Part shown: piece after piece, positions 26,424 through 34,887 of the stretch
How the letters are laid out: each line of letters starts with the position of its first letter
Position numbering within the stretch: the first letter of the stretch is position 1
Assembly (NCBI GenBank): GCA_900548005.1
Contig: URIZ01000002.1
Span: 13,488 to 77,487, forward strand
DNA: 64,000 bases
Reading direction: 5' to 3'
From: an uncultured Eubacteriales bacterium
GTDB taxonomy: Bacteria > Bacillota > Clostridia > Christensenellales > CAG-917
Translations under genes and position numbers: made by a program
Notes under the pieces: model-generated
What the model was told of the DNA's origin: nothing
The model's database searches: none
What the model saw: the letters and a program-made list of their open reading frames with translations, nothing else

Positions 26424-26651
26424 GTCATCCTGAGCTTGTCGAAGGATCTCGTGGAAACGAAACGTCACTATATACACGTCATTTTACATCATTCCGCTAC
26501 CGCGAGATTGCCACGCTTACGCTACTCGCAACTGCTATGCTTGCGCATAGAAACCTGCGGTTTTGCCTTTTTCAAAGGCGTTGCTACGTGAATACATACG
26601 CTACGCAACCCTTGCAAGCAAGTTGCTCCGCTTTGCATTGACAACATGACA
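26424..26651. repeat. dispersed repeat, R module (copy 1 of 2)
   Basis: About 228 bp, highly similar to 46697-46924, except that 26435-26522 is the reverse complement of 46708-46795. Contains several short hairpins (CTATGC-TTGC-GCATAG, the CTTGCAAG palindrome). Confidence 0.9.
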
Positions 26652-26706
26652 GTTGGGTGGGATACCCACACCCGAATACAGCTCTAAAAATCACGCAAAA
26701 TTGTTG

Positions 26707-26735
26707 TTGCAAAAATCGGCGGTTGATGATATAAT
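26707..26735 (+). promoter_or_regulatory. extended -10 promoter for the SRP RNA gene
   Basis: TTGCAA (26707-26712), 17-nt spacer, TGATATAAT (26727-26735). Predicted start is near 26742. Confidence 0.65.
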
Positions 26736-26741
26736 CATACT

Positions 26742-27010
26742 GCTGTGCTAGACGGGGAGCTTGCGGTGCCCTGTAAACTGCAATCCGCAATAGCAGTGTC
26801 GAACACCATCCTAGGTCTTCATCATGGTTGGCTGCACGGCGCAAGGAGTGTCGATATCAAGGTCCTGTGCAATGTCATACTGTGAACCGTGTCAGAGCTT
26901 GACCGCAGCAGCACTAAGCAGGCGTTGGCGTGTGCCACAGGGAAACTTTGAAGGAGCCACCTACGTCGTTTCCGCTTCGGTGATGATTATCGAAGATGGC
27001 GCACAGTTTT
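26742..27010 (+). ncRNA. ffs: signal recognition particle RNA, large Bacillus/Clostridium type with Alu domain
   Basis: The 5' GTGCTAGACGGGGAGCTTGCGGTGCCCTGTAAACTGCAATCCGC matches the Alu-domain pattern of Gram-positive SRP RNAs. GGTCCTGTGCAATG...TGAACCGTGTCAG..GC AGCAGCACTAAGCAGG matches the domain IV pattern. The 5' CTGTGC pairs with the 3' GCACAG. Ends are approximate. Confidence 0.75.
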
Positions 27011-27044
27011 TTTGTATGAAGTCGCAAATCGACGTTTGCGTATG

Positions 27045-27072
27045 AAAAAAGTCCGCAAAAGCGGACTTTTTT
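27045..27072 (+). terminator. rho-independent terminator downstream of the SRP RNA
   Basis: AAAAAAGTCCGC-AAAA-GCGGACTTTTTT. Confidence 0.8.
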
Positions 27073-27075
27073 GAT

Positions 27076-27207
27076 GTTTTTTGAGTTGCGTTATTGTTTT
27101 TTAAGTTCGTTATGTTTTTCAAACTTTGTTTTTAAGCTCATATTGCTTTTCAAACTTTGTTTTTAAGCTCGTATTGCCTTTCAAACTCTGTTTTCAAACC
27201 GCTTTGT
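27076..27207. repeat. T-rich tandem repeats (~32-bp unit TTTTCAAACTTTGTTTTTAAGCTCRTATTGC, 2.5 copies, preceded by related 16-18-bp units)
   Basis: Units at 27116-27147 and 27148-27179, partial at 27180-27207. Related TTTTTTGAGTTGCGTTATTG / TTTTTTAAGTTCGTTATG lie upstream. Confidence 0.8.
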
Positions 27208-27317
27208 TTTTCCTACAAGCGTTTTTCCGAACGGTTTTTGATTCTATAATCGGTTTTAGGCTCGTTTTATGTGTTGTAAGCAATCGGCTTTATAGCTAGC
27301 TTTCAAATGGCAAATTG

Positions 27318-28166
27318 TCACTTGATGTCGCGTTTTGCAAAGGTGAAATAGCCGATAAGCGTTGAGATGGCAGTGTAGACGATCGGCATAACCGTCACGG
27401 CGACTGTTTGCATTTTTGTGAGTTTGCCCACCGTGGATGCGATTGTCATTTGTTGTAAGGGTAGGAAGTTTGCCCATGTGTCCGAGTGTTCATTGCCGTC
27501 AATATTTGTGATCATTGTGATCAGACTTATGATTATGCCCAGCACCACGTATATGCCGATGTTGGTGGCAAGAGCTGCGCCGCTGCTCCTTGTCAAAAAC
27601 GCTATCATCGTGAATATGGATATCGACGCTATGCCGCAGAGCAGTTGCAAAAAGAAGTTGCGCATAAGCATTGCAAATTCCGCTTTGCCAAACGCTCCGA
27701 GTCTGCCGTCAAACGAGCTGAATATGCCGCTGAAAATAAGCATTATGCACGCATACGCGACAAAAAGCGTTATGAGCGAGAACAGCTTTGAGAAGTAAGT
27801 TTGCGCTCTCTTTGTTCCGCGAGCGGTGTAGATTGCGGTTGCGCCGCAAGAGAAGTCCTTGCCGATGAATATGCACGCGATGATTGCCACAAACAGCTCG
27901 ATGCGTACGGTCGAAGTCGAGCCGTATAGCATTGATTTGCGAATCATGTTGAGATATGCAATCGTCTGGTCCTTGATTATATCCGCTTCGGGATCGGCGG
28001 GGTTTACGGGGCGTGATTCGACAACTTTGATGCCCACCCAATAGGCGCAATACCCCAAAAGCAAGAGCAGGAACATCACGATAAGCCCGATCCACACACT
28101 TTTGAGTTTTTTGAGCTTGTAGTAGTCGGCAAGCATCACGTTGGACATAGAATTATTTTTCGTCAT
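27318..28166 (-). CDS. ABC-2 type transporter permease
   Basis: About 280 aa with six hydrophobic helices. Overlaps the stop of the upstream ATPase gene. Start is 28166, with 28148 as an alternative. Confidence 0.7.
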   Translation of the reverse strand: MTKNNSMSNVMLADYYKLKKLKSVWIGLIVMFLLLLLGYCAYWVGIKVVESRPVNPADPEADIIKDQTIAYLNMIRKSMLYGSTSTVRIELFVAIIACIFIGKDFSCGATAIYTARGTKRAQTYFSKLFSLITLFVAYACIMLIFSGIFSSFDGRLGAFGKAEFAMLMRNFFLQLLCGIASISIFTMIAFLTRSSGAALATNIGIYVVLGIIISLITMITNIDGNEHSDTWANFLPLQQMTIASTVGKLTKMQTVAVTVMPIVYTAISTLIGYFTFAKRDIK

Positions 28167-29076
28167 CGTGCAAACCTCCCATAAGAGCAATAAAAGTTGA
28201 TTCCAAATCGCCTTGGCACATCGTGACGTTCATGATAGGCACGTTTGCGTCTGTGAAGAGCTTGACAACTTCGGGGATTTCCTTTGACAAGTCGTAGATG
28301 GCGAGTGTGTTGTAGGGCAGAATCTCAAAATCGTGCGCGTGGTAGTGCTCCACGATGACGTTGAGAGCGGTTTTCAGATCGCCAACAACCAGCTTGATAT
28401 ACGGACGGCACATTTCTTCAAGGTCGCTGCCGCGCATTTCCTTGACGATTTTGCCGTCATCCATTATGCCGTAGGATGTTGCAAGTTTTGCAAGTTCGCT
28501 CAAAATGTGCGATGAGATGATGATCGTGATCTTTTCTTCGCGGTTGAGATATTGAAGGATTTCTCTCACTTCAAAGATGCCGGCAGGATCGAGACCGTTG
28601 ACAGGTTCGTCAAGCACGAGTATGCTCGGATTTGCGATGAGCGAAACGGCGATTGCAAGCCTTTGCTTCATTCCCAAAGAATAATTCTTTACCTTTGTGG
28701 GATTTTCGGGATCGAGACCGACTTTTCTCATAAGGTTTTTGAGCGTGTTTTCGTCCTTCTCGCCAAGTTCGTATCCGAAAGCCTTCATATTTTCCATTGC
28801 CGTAAGATGAAGGAACAGGGAAGGGGAGTCCACGATAGCTCCGACTTTGCGTCTTTCATACGCCAAAGCGTCTTTTGAGCTTGAACCGTTGATCCTGATT
28901 TCTCCGTCGGTTGGAGCTGTGAGCCCAAGCAAAATTCTCATAAGGGTTGTTTTGCCTGCGCCGTTTTTGCCTATTAGACCGTAGATTTCACCCTCTCTGA
29001 CGGTGAGATTGACGCCTTTCAGCACAGCCTTCTTTCCGTAGGATTTTTTCAGATGTGATGTTTCAAAAACGTTCAT
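28153..29076 (-). CDS. ABC transporter ATP-binding protein (ABC-2/bacitracin-type exporter)
   Basis: Walker A GKNGAGKTT, signature YSLGMKQRLAIA, Walker B LVLDEPVNGLD. Start MNVFETSHLKKSYG at 29076 with AGGAGA upstream. Confidence 0.88.
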   Translation of the reverse strand: MNVFETSHLKKSYGKKAVLKGVNLTVREGEIYGLIGKNGAGKTTLMRILLGLTAPTDGEIRINGSSSKDALAYERRKVGAIVDSPSLFLHLTAMENMKAFGYELGEKDENTLKNLMRKVGLDPENPTKVKNYSLGMKQRLAIAVSLIANPSILVLDEPVNGLDPAGIFEVREILQYLNREEKITIIISSHILSELAKLATSYGIMDDGKIVKEMRGSDLEEMCRPYIKLVVGDLKTALNVIVEHYHAHDFEILPYNTLAIYDLSKEIPEVVKLFTDANVPIMNVTMCQGDLESTFIALMGGLHDDEK

Positions 29077-29214
29077 ATTTTCTCCTGCGCATACGCGCTG
29101 TATGATAGGTATATTATAGCACTTTTTACACAAATGTCCATATATTTTGCTCTATGCGTCATTTATGAAAGAGTTTTTAACAAACGTAAGATTTTTGTGT
29201 TTTCAACACGATTC

Positions 29215-29380
29215 ACACGATTTGTGTTTTGTGACTTTGCGATTTTACACAACACATATCGTGTACTATTACCAAATATAGATACACGATAGGTGTTGCA
29301 AAGTTGCGTATTTATGGATGATATTGCCCGAAAATCGTCAAAATCGCCGTATTTTGATATAAATGCAACACGATAAGTGT
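29215..29380. promoter_or_regulatory. cluster of four ACAC-N5-GTGT palindromes (candidate operators) upstream of the ABC operon
   Basis: ACACGATTTGTGT 29215-29227, ACACATATCGTGT 29252-29264, ACACGATAGGTGT 29284-29296, ACACGATAAGTGT 29368-29380, plus an extra ACACGAT half-site at 29206. Confidence 0.5.
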
Positions 29381-29460
29381 ATTATATGTTTTATTCTCTG
29401 TGATAAAATTTTGAAGTTGTTTTGACAAGAATTGCCACGTTGAAGACGTCGTTTGACATA

Positions 29461-29491
29461 AAAAAATCCGCAAATTCGATTTGCGGATTTT
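29461..29491 (-). terminator. terminator for tRNA-Gly
   Basis: Minus strand reads AAAATCCGCAAA-TCGAA-TTTGCGGATTTTTT. Confidence 0.8.
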
Positions 29492-29498
29492 CAATAAA

Positions 29499-29572
29499 TG
29501 GAGCGGGCGATGAGAATCGAACTCACGACTAAAGCTTGGGAAGCTTTCGTTTTGCCATTAAACTACGCCCGC
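29499..29572 (-). tRNA. tRNA-Gly (anticodon CCC), CCA encoded
   Basis: The minus strand GCGGGCGTAGTTTAATGGCAAAACGAAAGCTTCCCAAGCTTTAGTCGTGAGTTCGATTCTCATCGCCCGCTCCA folds as a cloverleaf: acceptor GCGGGCG/CGCCCGC, D stem GTTT/AAAC, anticodon stem AAAGC/GCTTT with loop TTCCCAA, T arm GTGAG-TTCGATT-CTCAT. Confidence 0.92.
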
Positions 29573-29840
29573 AAAATTGATTGCTATTTGATTGTATCAC
29601 GACTTTTTGAAATGTCAAACAAAATCGTTTTGTTGAAAGCAAATGTTTTTTTGTTGCTTTACGTTTTTGATTGCAAATTTTGTGATGTGGCTTTTTGAGC
29701 TGCTGTATTTGCTTTTTGACGTTTTGGCGATTTCGAGCACAAGACTTTGTGTTTTTGCATTATTGTCAATGTGATTTTGCGAGATTTGGCAATCCGTATG
29801 CAAAAACTTGGCTATATGTTGCGATTTCAAGGTCAAACGC

Positions 29841-29869
29841 TTGCGTTTTGCCGTTTATTGTTTTATAAT
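29841..29869 (+). promoter_or_regulatory. sigma-A-type promoter for ileS (short leader)
   Basis: TTGCGT, 17-nt spacer, TATAAT. Only about 35 nt to the ATG. AGGAG RBS. Confidence 0.55.
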
Positions 29870-29904
29870 CAATAAATCTTATATTATGATTTTTAGGAGT
29901 CAGG

Positions 29905-32900
29905 ATGTACAAACCAGTTGAAACCAATCTCGATTTCGTAGGACGCGAAATGGAAGTCCTTGAATTCTGGAAGCAAGAGCATATCTTTGAAAAGAGCGTT
30001 GCCAAGAACGAAGGCAACCCCGAATTCAGTTTTTACGACGGCCCGCCGACTGCAAACGGCAAGCCGCATATCGGGCATATTCTCACCCGCGTGATGAAGG
30101 ATATCATTCCGCGCTACAAGACGATGAAAGGCTATCACGTTCTTCGCAAAGCGGGCTGGGACACTCACGGTCTTCCCGTCGAACTCGAAGTGGAAAAAAT
30201 GCTCGGAATCGACGGAAAACAAGAGATTGAAAAATACGGTATCGAACCGTTCATCAAGAAGTGCAAAGAGTCCGTGTGGAAGTATACGGACGAGTGGCGC
30301 AAGATGTCCGACCGCATCGGCTATTGGGCGGATATGGACAACCCGTACATCACCTATGACAACAACTATATCGAGTCTGTGTGGTGGGCTCTCAAGCAAA
30401 TGGCTGACAAGGGGCTTATCTACAAAGGCTACAAAATCGTGCCGTACTGCCCCCGTTGCGGGACTGCGCTTTCTTCTCACGAAGTGGCACAAGGCTACAA
30501 GGACGTGGAAGAAACGTCAGTGTTTGTCAAATTCAAGGTGAAAGGCGAGCAAAACGTCTATTTCCTTGCTTGGACGACAACTCCTTGGACTCTTCCGAGC
30601 AACGTTGCGCTTTGCATGAACGGCAAAGAGGACTATACAAAAATCAAAGTGAACGACGAGTATTTCATTCTCGCCGACGCGCTTATACCCACGCTTTTCA
30701 AGGACGTTGACTTTGTCAAAGTGGACACGAGAAAGGGCAGCGAGTATGAGTTTGTGGAGTACGAGCCGCTCTTTGACTACGACACCGGCGCAAAAGAAAA
30801 AGCATATTATATCACCAACGATTCGTACGTCACGCTCACAGACGGCACGGGCATCGTTCACATCGCGCCCGCTTTCGGTGAAGACGACTCAAAAGTCGGC
30901 AAGAAATACGGACTCCCGTTTGTGCAAATGGTGGATGATCGCGGCAGATTCCGTGACGCCGTCTACGATTTCAAGGGTTTGTTCTGCAAAGACGCAGACA
31001 AATACATCATCGAAAAGCTCAAAAACGAAGGCAAACTTTTCAAGACGTTGCGCTTTACGCACTCCTATCCGTTCTGCTGGCGTTGCGACACTCCGCTTTT
31101 GTACTATGCTCGCTCGAGCTGGTTTGTCAAAATGACGGAAGTGAAAGAAAAGTTGCTTGTGTCCAACGATTCTGTCAATTGGATGCCCGAAACCATCAAA
31201 ACGGGACGTATGGGCAACTTCCTTGAAAACGTCATCGACTGGGGCATTTCTCGTGAAAGATATTGGGGCACTCCGTTGCCCATTTGGGTGTGCAACAAGT
31301 GCGGAAAAATCCACGTCATCGGCTCTAAGGCGGAACTTCGCGAAAAGGCGCATCTCGATCACGACGTTGAGTTGCACCGTCCGTACATTGACGACGTCAA
31401 GTGGGAATGCGAGTGCGGCGGCGAGATGATCCGCACGCCCGAAGTGCTTGACTGCTGGTTTGACTCCGGCTCTATGCCCTTTGCGCAATGGCACTATCCG
31501 TTTGAAAACAAGGAAACCTTTGAGAAAGTGTTCCCGGCGGACTTCATCTCGGAGGCGGTGGATCAGACGAGAGGCTGGTTCTACACCTTGCTTGCGGTCA
31601 ACACGGTGCTGTTTGACAAAGCTCCTTTCAAAAACTGCATAGTGCTCGGACACGTCAACGACAAGGACGGCGTCAAGATGTCCAAACACAAGGGCAACGT
31701 TGTCGATCCGTGGACCGTTCTTGATAAACAAGGCGCAGACGCTACGAGATGGTATTTCTACACAACGAGCGCGCCGTGGTTGCCGTCAAGATTCCACGCG
31801 GACGCGGTGAGCGAAACGCAAAGAAAGTTTATGGGTACGCTTTGGAACACCTATGCTTTTTTCGTGCTATACGCCGAGATCGACAAATTCAATCCGCTCG
31901 AACACAACTTGAAAGACCAAAAACTCACCATTATGGACAAATGGATTTTGTCGGGGCTCAACACGCTCATCAAGACGGTGGACGAAGGTCTTGCGGAATA
32001 CAAAATCACCGAAACCGCTCGCGCAATCGGCGACTTCGTGGACGAGCTTTCCAACTGGTACGTCAGACGCAGCAGAGAGCGTTTCTGGGGCAGCGATATG
32101 ACCAAGAACAAGGAAGCGGCTTACACCACGCTTTATACGGTGCTTGCAACGCTGAGCAAAATCCTTGCTCCGTTTACACCGTTCCTTGCCGAAGAGATGT
32201 ATCAAAATCTCGTGCGCAACTTTGACGAGAACGCACCCGAAAGCGTGCATCTTTGCTCCTTCCCGACAGCAGACGAGAGCATGATCGATCCCCGCCTTGA
32301 AGAAGGCATGGCCAACGTGCTCAAACTTGTCGTGCTCGGCAGAGCAGCAAGAAACGGCTCGAACCTCAAAAACAGACAACCGCTTTCAAGGCTCTTCTAC
32401 AACGGAAGATACGAGCTGTCAAACGACCTTAAAGAACTTGTCGAAGACGAGCTCAACGTCAAGAGTGTTGAACACTCGCAAGACAGCAACGTCTTTGTCA
32501 GCTATGATTTGAAACCGCAATTGCGCACGCTCGGTCCGAAATACGGCTCGTTGCTCGGAAAGATCAGACAGCTTTTGCAAGAGAGAGCGGAAGAGATCGT
32601 TGCGGCGGTGAAGAGCGGCAATTTGTTCAAATACGACATTGACGGCAAGCTTGTCGAGCTTGCAAAAGAAGACCTTCTCATCAATATGAAGAACAAGGAA
32701 GGATTCTCAAGCGAAAGCGACGGCGAAACCACCGTTGTGCTTGACACCGAGCTCACTCCCGAACTCATTGACGAAGGCATCGAAAGAGAGATTGTATCAA
32801 AGATACAAAACATGCGCAAGGAAGCAGGCTTCGAAGTGACCGATCACATCGTTGTCGGCTACAAGGCTACGGGCAACGCAAAGAAGATTTTCGATCGCGC

Positions 32901-33012
32901 GGACTTCCTTAAAGACGTGCTTGCAGACAGCATCTCCACAACCATTGACGGTTTTGCAAAAGATTGCGACATCAACGGCGAAACCGTGACGATTTCTGTG
33001 AAAAGAGTATGA
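29905..33012 (+). CDS. ileS: isoleucine--tRNA ligase (long, type 2-like form)
   Basis: HIGH motif PTANGKPHIGH, KMSKS motif KMSKHKGN, editing-domain insertion, 1035 aa. Confidence 0.93.
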   Translation: MYKPVETNLDFVGREMEVLEFWKQEHIFEKSVAKNEGNPEFSFYDGPPTANGKPHIGHILTRVMKDIIPRYKTMKGYHVLRKAGWDTHGLPVELEVEKMLGIDGKQEIEKYGIEPFIKKCKESVWKYTDEWRKMSDRIGYWADMDNPYITYDNNYIESVWWALKQMADKGLIYKGYKIVPYCPRCGTALSSHEVAQGYKDVEETSVFVKFKVKGEQNVYFLAWTTTPWTLPSNVALCMNGKEDYTKIKVNDEYFILADALIPTLFKDVDFVKVDTRKGSEYEFVEYEPLFDYDTGAKEKAYYITNDSYVTLTDGTGIVHIAPAFGEDDSKVGKKYGLPFVQMVDDRGRFRDAVYDFKGLFCKDADKYIIEKLKNEGKLFKTLRFTHSYPFCWRCDTPLLYYARSSWFVKMTEVKEKLLVSNDSVNWMPETIKTGRMGNFLENVIDWGISRERYWGTPLPIWVCNKCGKIHVIGSKAELREKAHLDHDVELHRPYIDDVKWECECGGEMIRTPEVLDCWFDSGSMPFAQWHYPFENKETFEKVFPADFISEAVDQTRGWFYTLLAVNTVLFDKAPFKNCIVLGHVNDKDGVKMSKHKGNVVDPWTVLDKQGADATRWYFYTTSAPWLPSRFHADAVSETQRKFMGTLWNTYAFFVLYAEIDKFNPLEHNLKDQKLTIMDKWILSGLNTLIKTVDEGLAEYKITETARAIGDFVDELSNWYVRRSRERFWGSDMTKNKEAAYTTLYTVLATLSKILAPFTPFLAEEMYQNLVRNFDENAPESVHLCSFPTADESMIDPRLEEGMANVLKLVVLGRAARNGSNLKNRQPLSRLFYNGRYELSNDLKELVEDELNVKSVEHSQDSNVFVSYDLKPQLRTLGPKYGSLLGKIRQLLQERAEEIVAAVKSGNLFKYDIDGKLVELAKEDLLINMKNKEGFSSESDGETTVVLDTELTPELIDEGIEREIVSKIQNMRKEAGFEVTDHIVVGYKATGNAKKIFDRADFLKDVLADSISTTIDGFAKDCDINGETVTISVKRV

Positions 33013-33869
33013 AAATCGCACCTGATTGGAAACAATATTCCGTCATAGCGACGGGCGACGGCGAAAAGTTGGAGAAGTGGGGCGATCTCACTCTCCTTCG
33101 TCCCGATCCGCAAGTCATTTGGCACGCAAAAAAGCCGCTTAGAACCTATGAAAACATTGACGCGGTCTACGAGCGTTCGCAAACGGGCGGTGGAATGTGG
33201 AAGTATCGCCGTCAAGTCCCGAGCGAGTTTACGATCGGTTGGCGCGACTTGAAATTCTCGTTGAAACTGATGGGATTCAAGCACACCGGGCTTTTCCCCG
33301 AACAAGCGGTCAACTGGGATAGAATGATGAAACTCATTGAGGGTGCAGGTCGCAAAATCAGCGTGCTCAACCTTTTTGGATACACGGGCGCGGCGAGCGT
33401 TGCTTGCTTGAAGGCGGGCGCAAACGTTTGCCATGTGGACAGCGCAAAAGCCATGGTGGAGCGCGCGGGAGAGAATGTCAAACTCTCGGGACTTGACAAC
33501 AGCGGCATGAGATACATCATTGACGATTGTTTCAAGTTTTGTCAAAGAGAGATTCGCAGGGGACACAAATATGACGCTATAATTCTCGATCCGCCGTCTT
33601 TCGGGCGTGGACCGAACGGCGAAAAATGGAAGATAGAAGAAGGCATATCCGAGCTTGTGGAGCTTGTGGCAAACTTGCTCAGCGACGATCCGTTGTTTGT
33701 GTGCCTAAACAGCTACACGACGGGCTTGCAACCGACGGTTATGGCAAACATTTTGAAACTTGCCCTGCCTCAGAACGCCGAAATCGATGCGGACGAGATC
33801 GGGATTGCAACGCAAGAAGGGCTTGTTCTTCCGCAAGGTTGCACAGCTTTTGCAACTTTCACAAAATAG
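33009..33869 (+). CDS. class I SAM-dependent RNA methyltransferase (RlmI/RlmK-like)
   Basis: SAM-binding VLNLFGYTGAASVA and IILDPPSFG motifs. The ATG overlaps the ileS stop (ATGA). Confidence 0.78.
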   Translation: MKIAPDWKQYSVIATGDGEKLEKWGDLTLLRPDPQVIWHAKKPLRTYENIDAVYERSQTGGGMWKYRRQVPSEFTIGWRDLKFSLKLMGFKHTGLFPEQAVNWDRMMKLIEGAGRKISVLNLFGYTGAASVACLKAGANVCHVDSAKAMVERAGENVKLSGLDNSGMRYIIDDCFKFCQREIRRGHKYDAIILDPPSFGRGPNGEKWKIEEGISELVELVANLLSDDPLFVCLNSYTTGLQPTVMANILKLALPQNAEIDADEIGIATQEGLVLPQGCTAFATFTK

Positions 33870-33986
33870 AGAAATATCGATGTTCTAATCGGCTTAAAAG
33901 CGTATTTTTGAAAGAAAAACGCCGATTTGAAAATCGCAAAACGATACACGCAACAAAGAAAATAACGGACAAACGGAATATACAAA

Positions 33987-34697
33987 ATGACTTACAAAGA
34001 CTTGAAAATCGTATACGAAGACAATCACTTGCTTGTGGTTGTCAAACCTTATGACGTGCCTGTGCAAGCCGACGAAAGCGGCGATCCCGACATGCTGAGC
34101 ATGCTCAAACAATACCTTGTTGACACCTACAACAAGCCCGGTGAAGCCTATCTCGGTCTTGTGCATCGCCTTGACAGACCCACGGGCGGAGTTATGGTGT
34201 TTGCAAAAACGTCAAAAGCCGCCGCTAGACTTTGTCAACAAATAAGAGACGGCGAAGTGGAGAAGAGATACCTTGCGGTTGTGGAAGGTGCGCCGAGATA
34301 CAAGGCGGACAAGCTCACTTGCTATCTCAAAAAATTCCCAGATACAAACACGGTTAGAGTTGTTCCTGCGCTCAGCGAAGGCGCAAAATATGCCGAGCTC
34401 GACTACAAAGTGCTTTGCCAAAAGACGGATTGCTCTCTTCTTATGGTCAATCTTGTCACGGGGCGCGGACATCAGATCAGAGTGCAACTCTCCAACATGG
34501 GCAACCCCATTGTCGGCGACAAGAAGTACGGCGCAAAGACCAATGCGCACTTGTCCTTGTGGGCAACTGAACTTCGCTTTGCGCACCCGATAAGCAACAA
34601 GGAGATGACTTTCAGAGTCTATCCGCCCGAAGTTGCGCCTTGGACGTTGTTTGACCTTGACGCATATCTTTCCGTCACGATCAAGAACTGCTACTAA
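33987..34697 (+). CDS. RluA family pseudouridine synthase
   Basis: Catalytic motif HRLDRPTGGVMVFAKT and RGHQIRVQL. Confidence 0.88.
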   Translation: MTYKDLKIVYEDNHLLVVVKPYDVPVQADESGDPDMLSMLKQYLVDTYNKPGEAYLGLVHRLDRPTGGVMVFAKTSKAAARLCQQIRDGEVEKRYLAVVEGAPRYKADKLTCYLKKFPDTNTVRVVPALSEGAKYAELDYKVLCQKTDCSLLMVNLVTGRGHQIRVQLSNMGNPIVGDKKYGAKTNAHLSLWATELRFAHPISNKEMTFRVYPPEVAPWTLFDLDAYLSVTIKNCY

Positions 34698-34713
34698 AAA
34701 GCAAAACAATAAG

Positions 34714-34741
34714 AAAATCGGCTCAAATGAGCCGATTTTTT
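34714..34741 (+). terminator. terminator after the pseudouridine synthase gene
   Basis: AAAATCGGCTC-AAAT-GAGCCGATTTTTT. Confidence 0.8.
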
Positions 34742-34887
34742 ATATGGTGAAAAGTGCATGCAAATGTTTTGAAACTTGCGTTTTTGCGGATAATGCCACA
34801 TTTTGCCCCTTGGTTTTTGAAAAATAGCAACACTAAAATAACCGCTGAGGCAGTTGCTTGCAATTTTTCACTTTTTATTTGTGGATC

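Noticed and set aside
26331-27045. Three 73-86-aa ORFs in the 25.8-27.3-kb gap
   Set aside because: They lie entirely within repeat modules or within the SRP RNA gene, lack ribosome-binding sites, and overlap each other on opposite strands.
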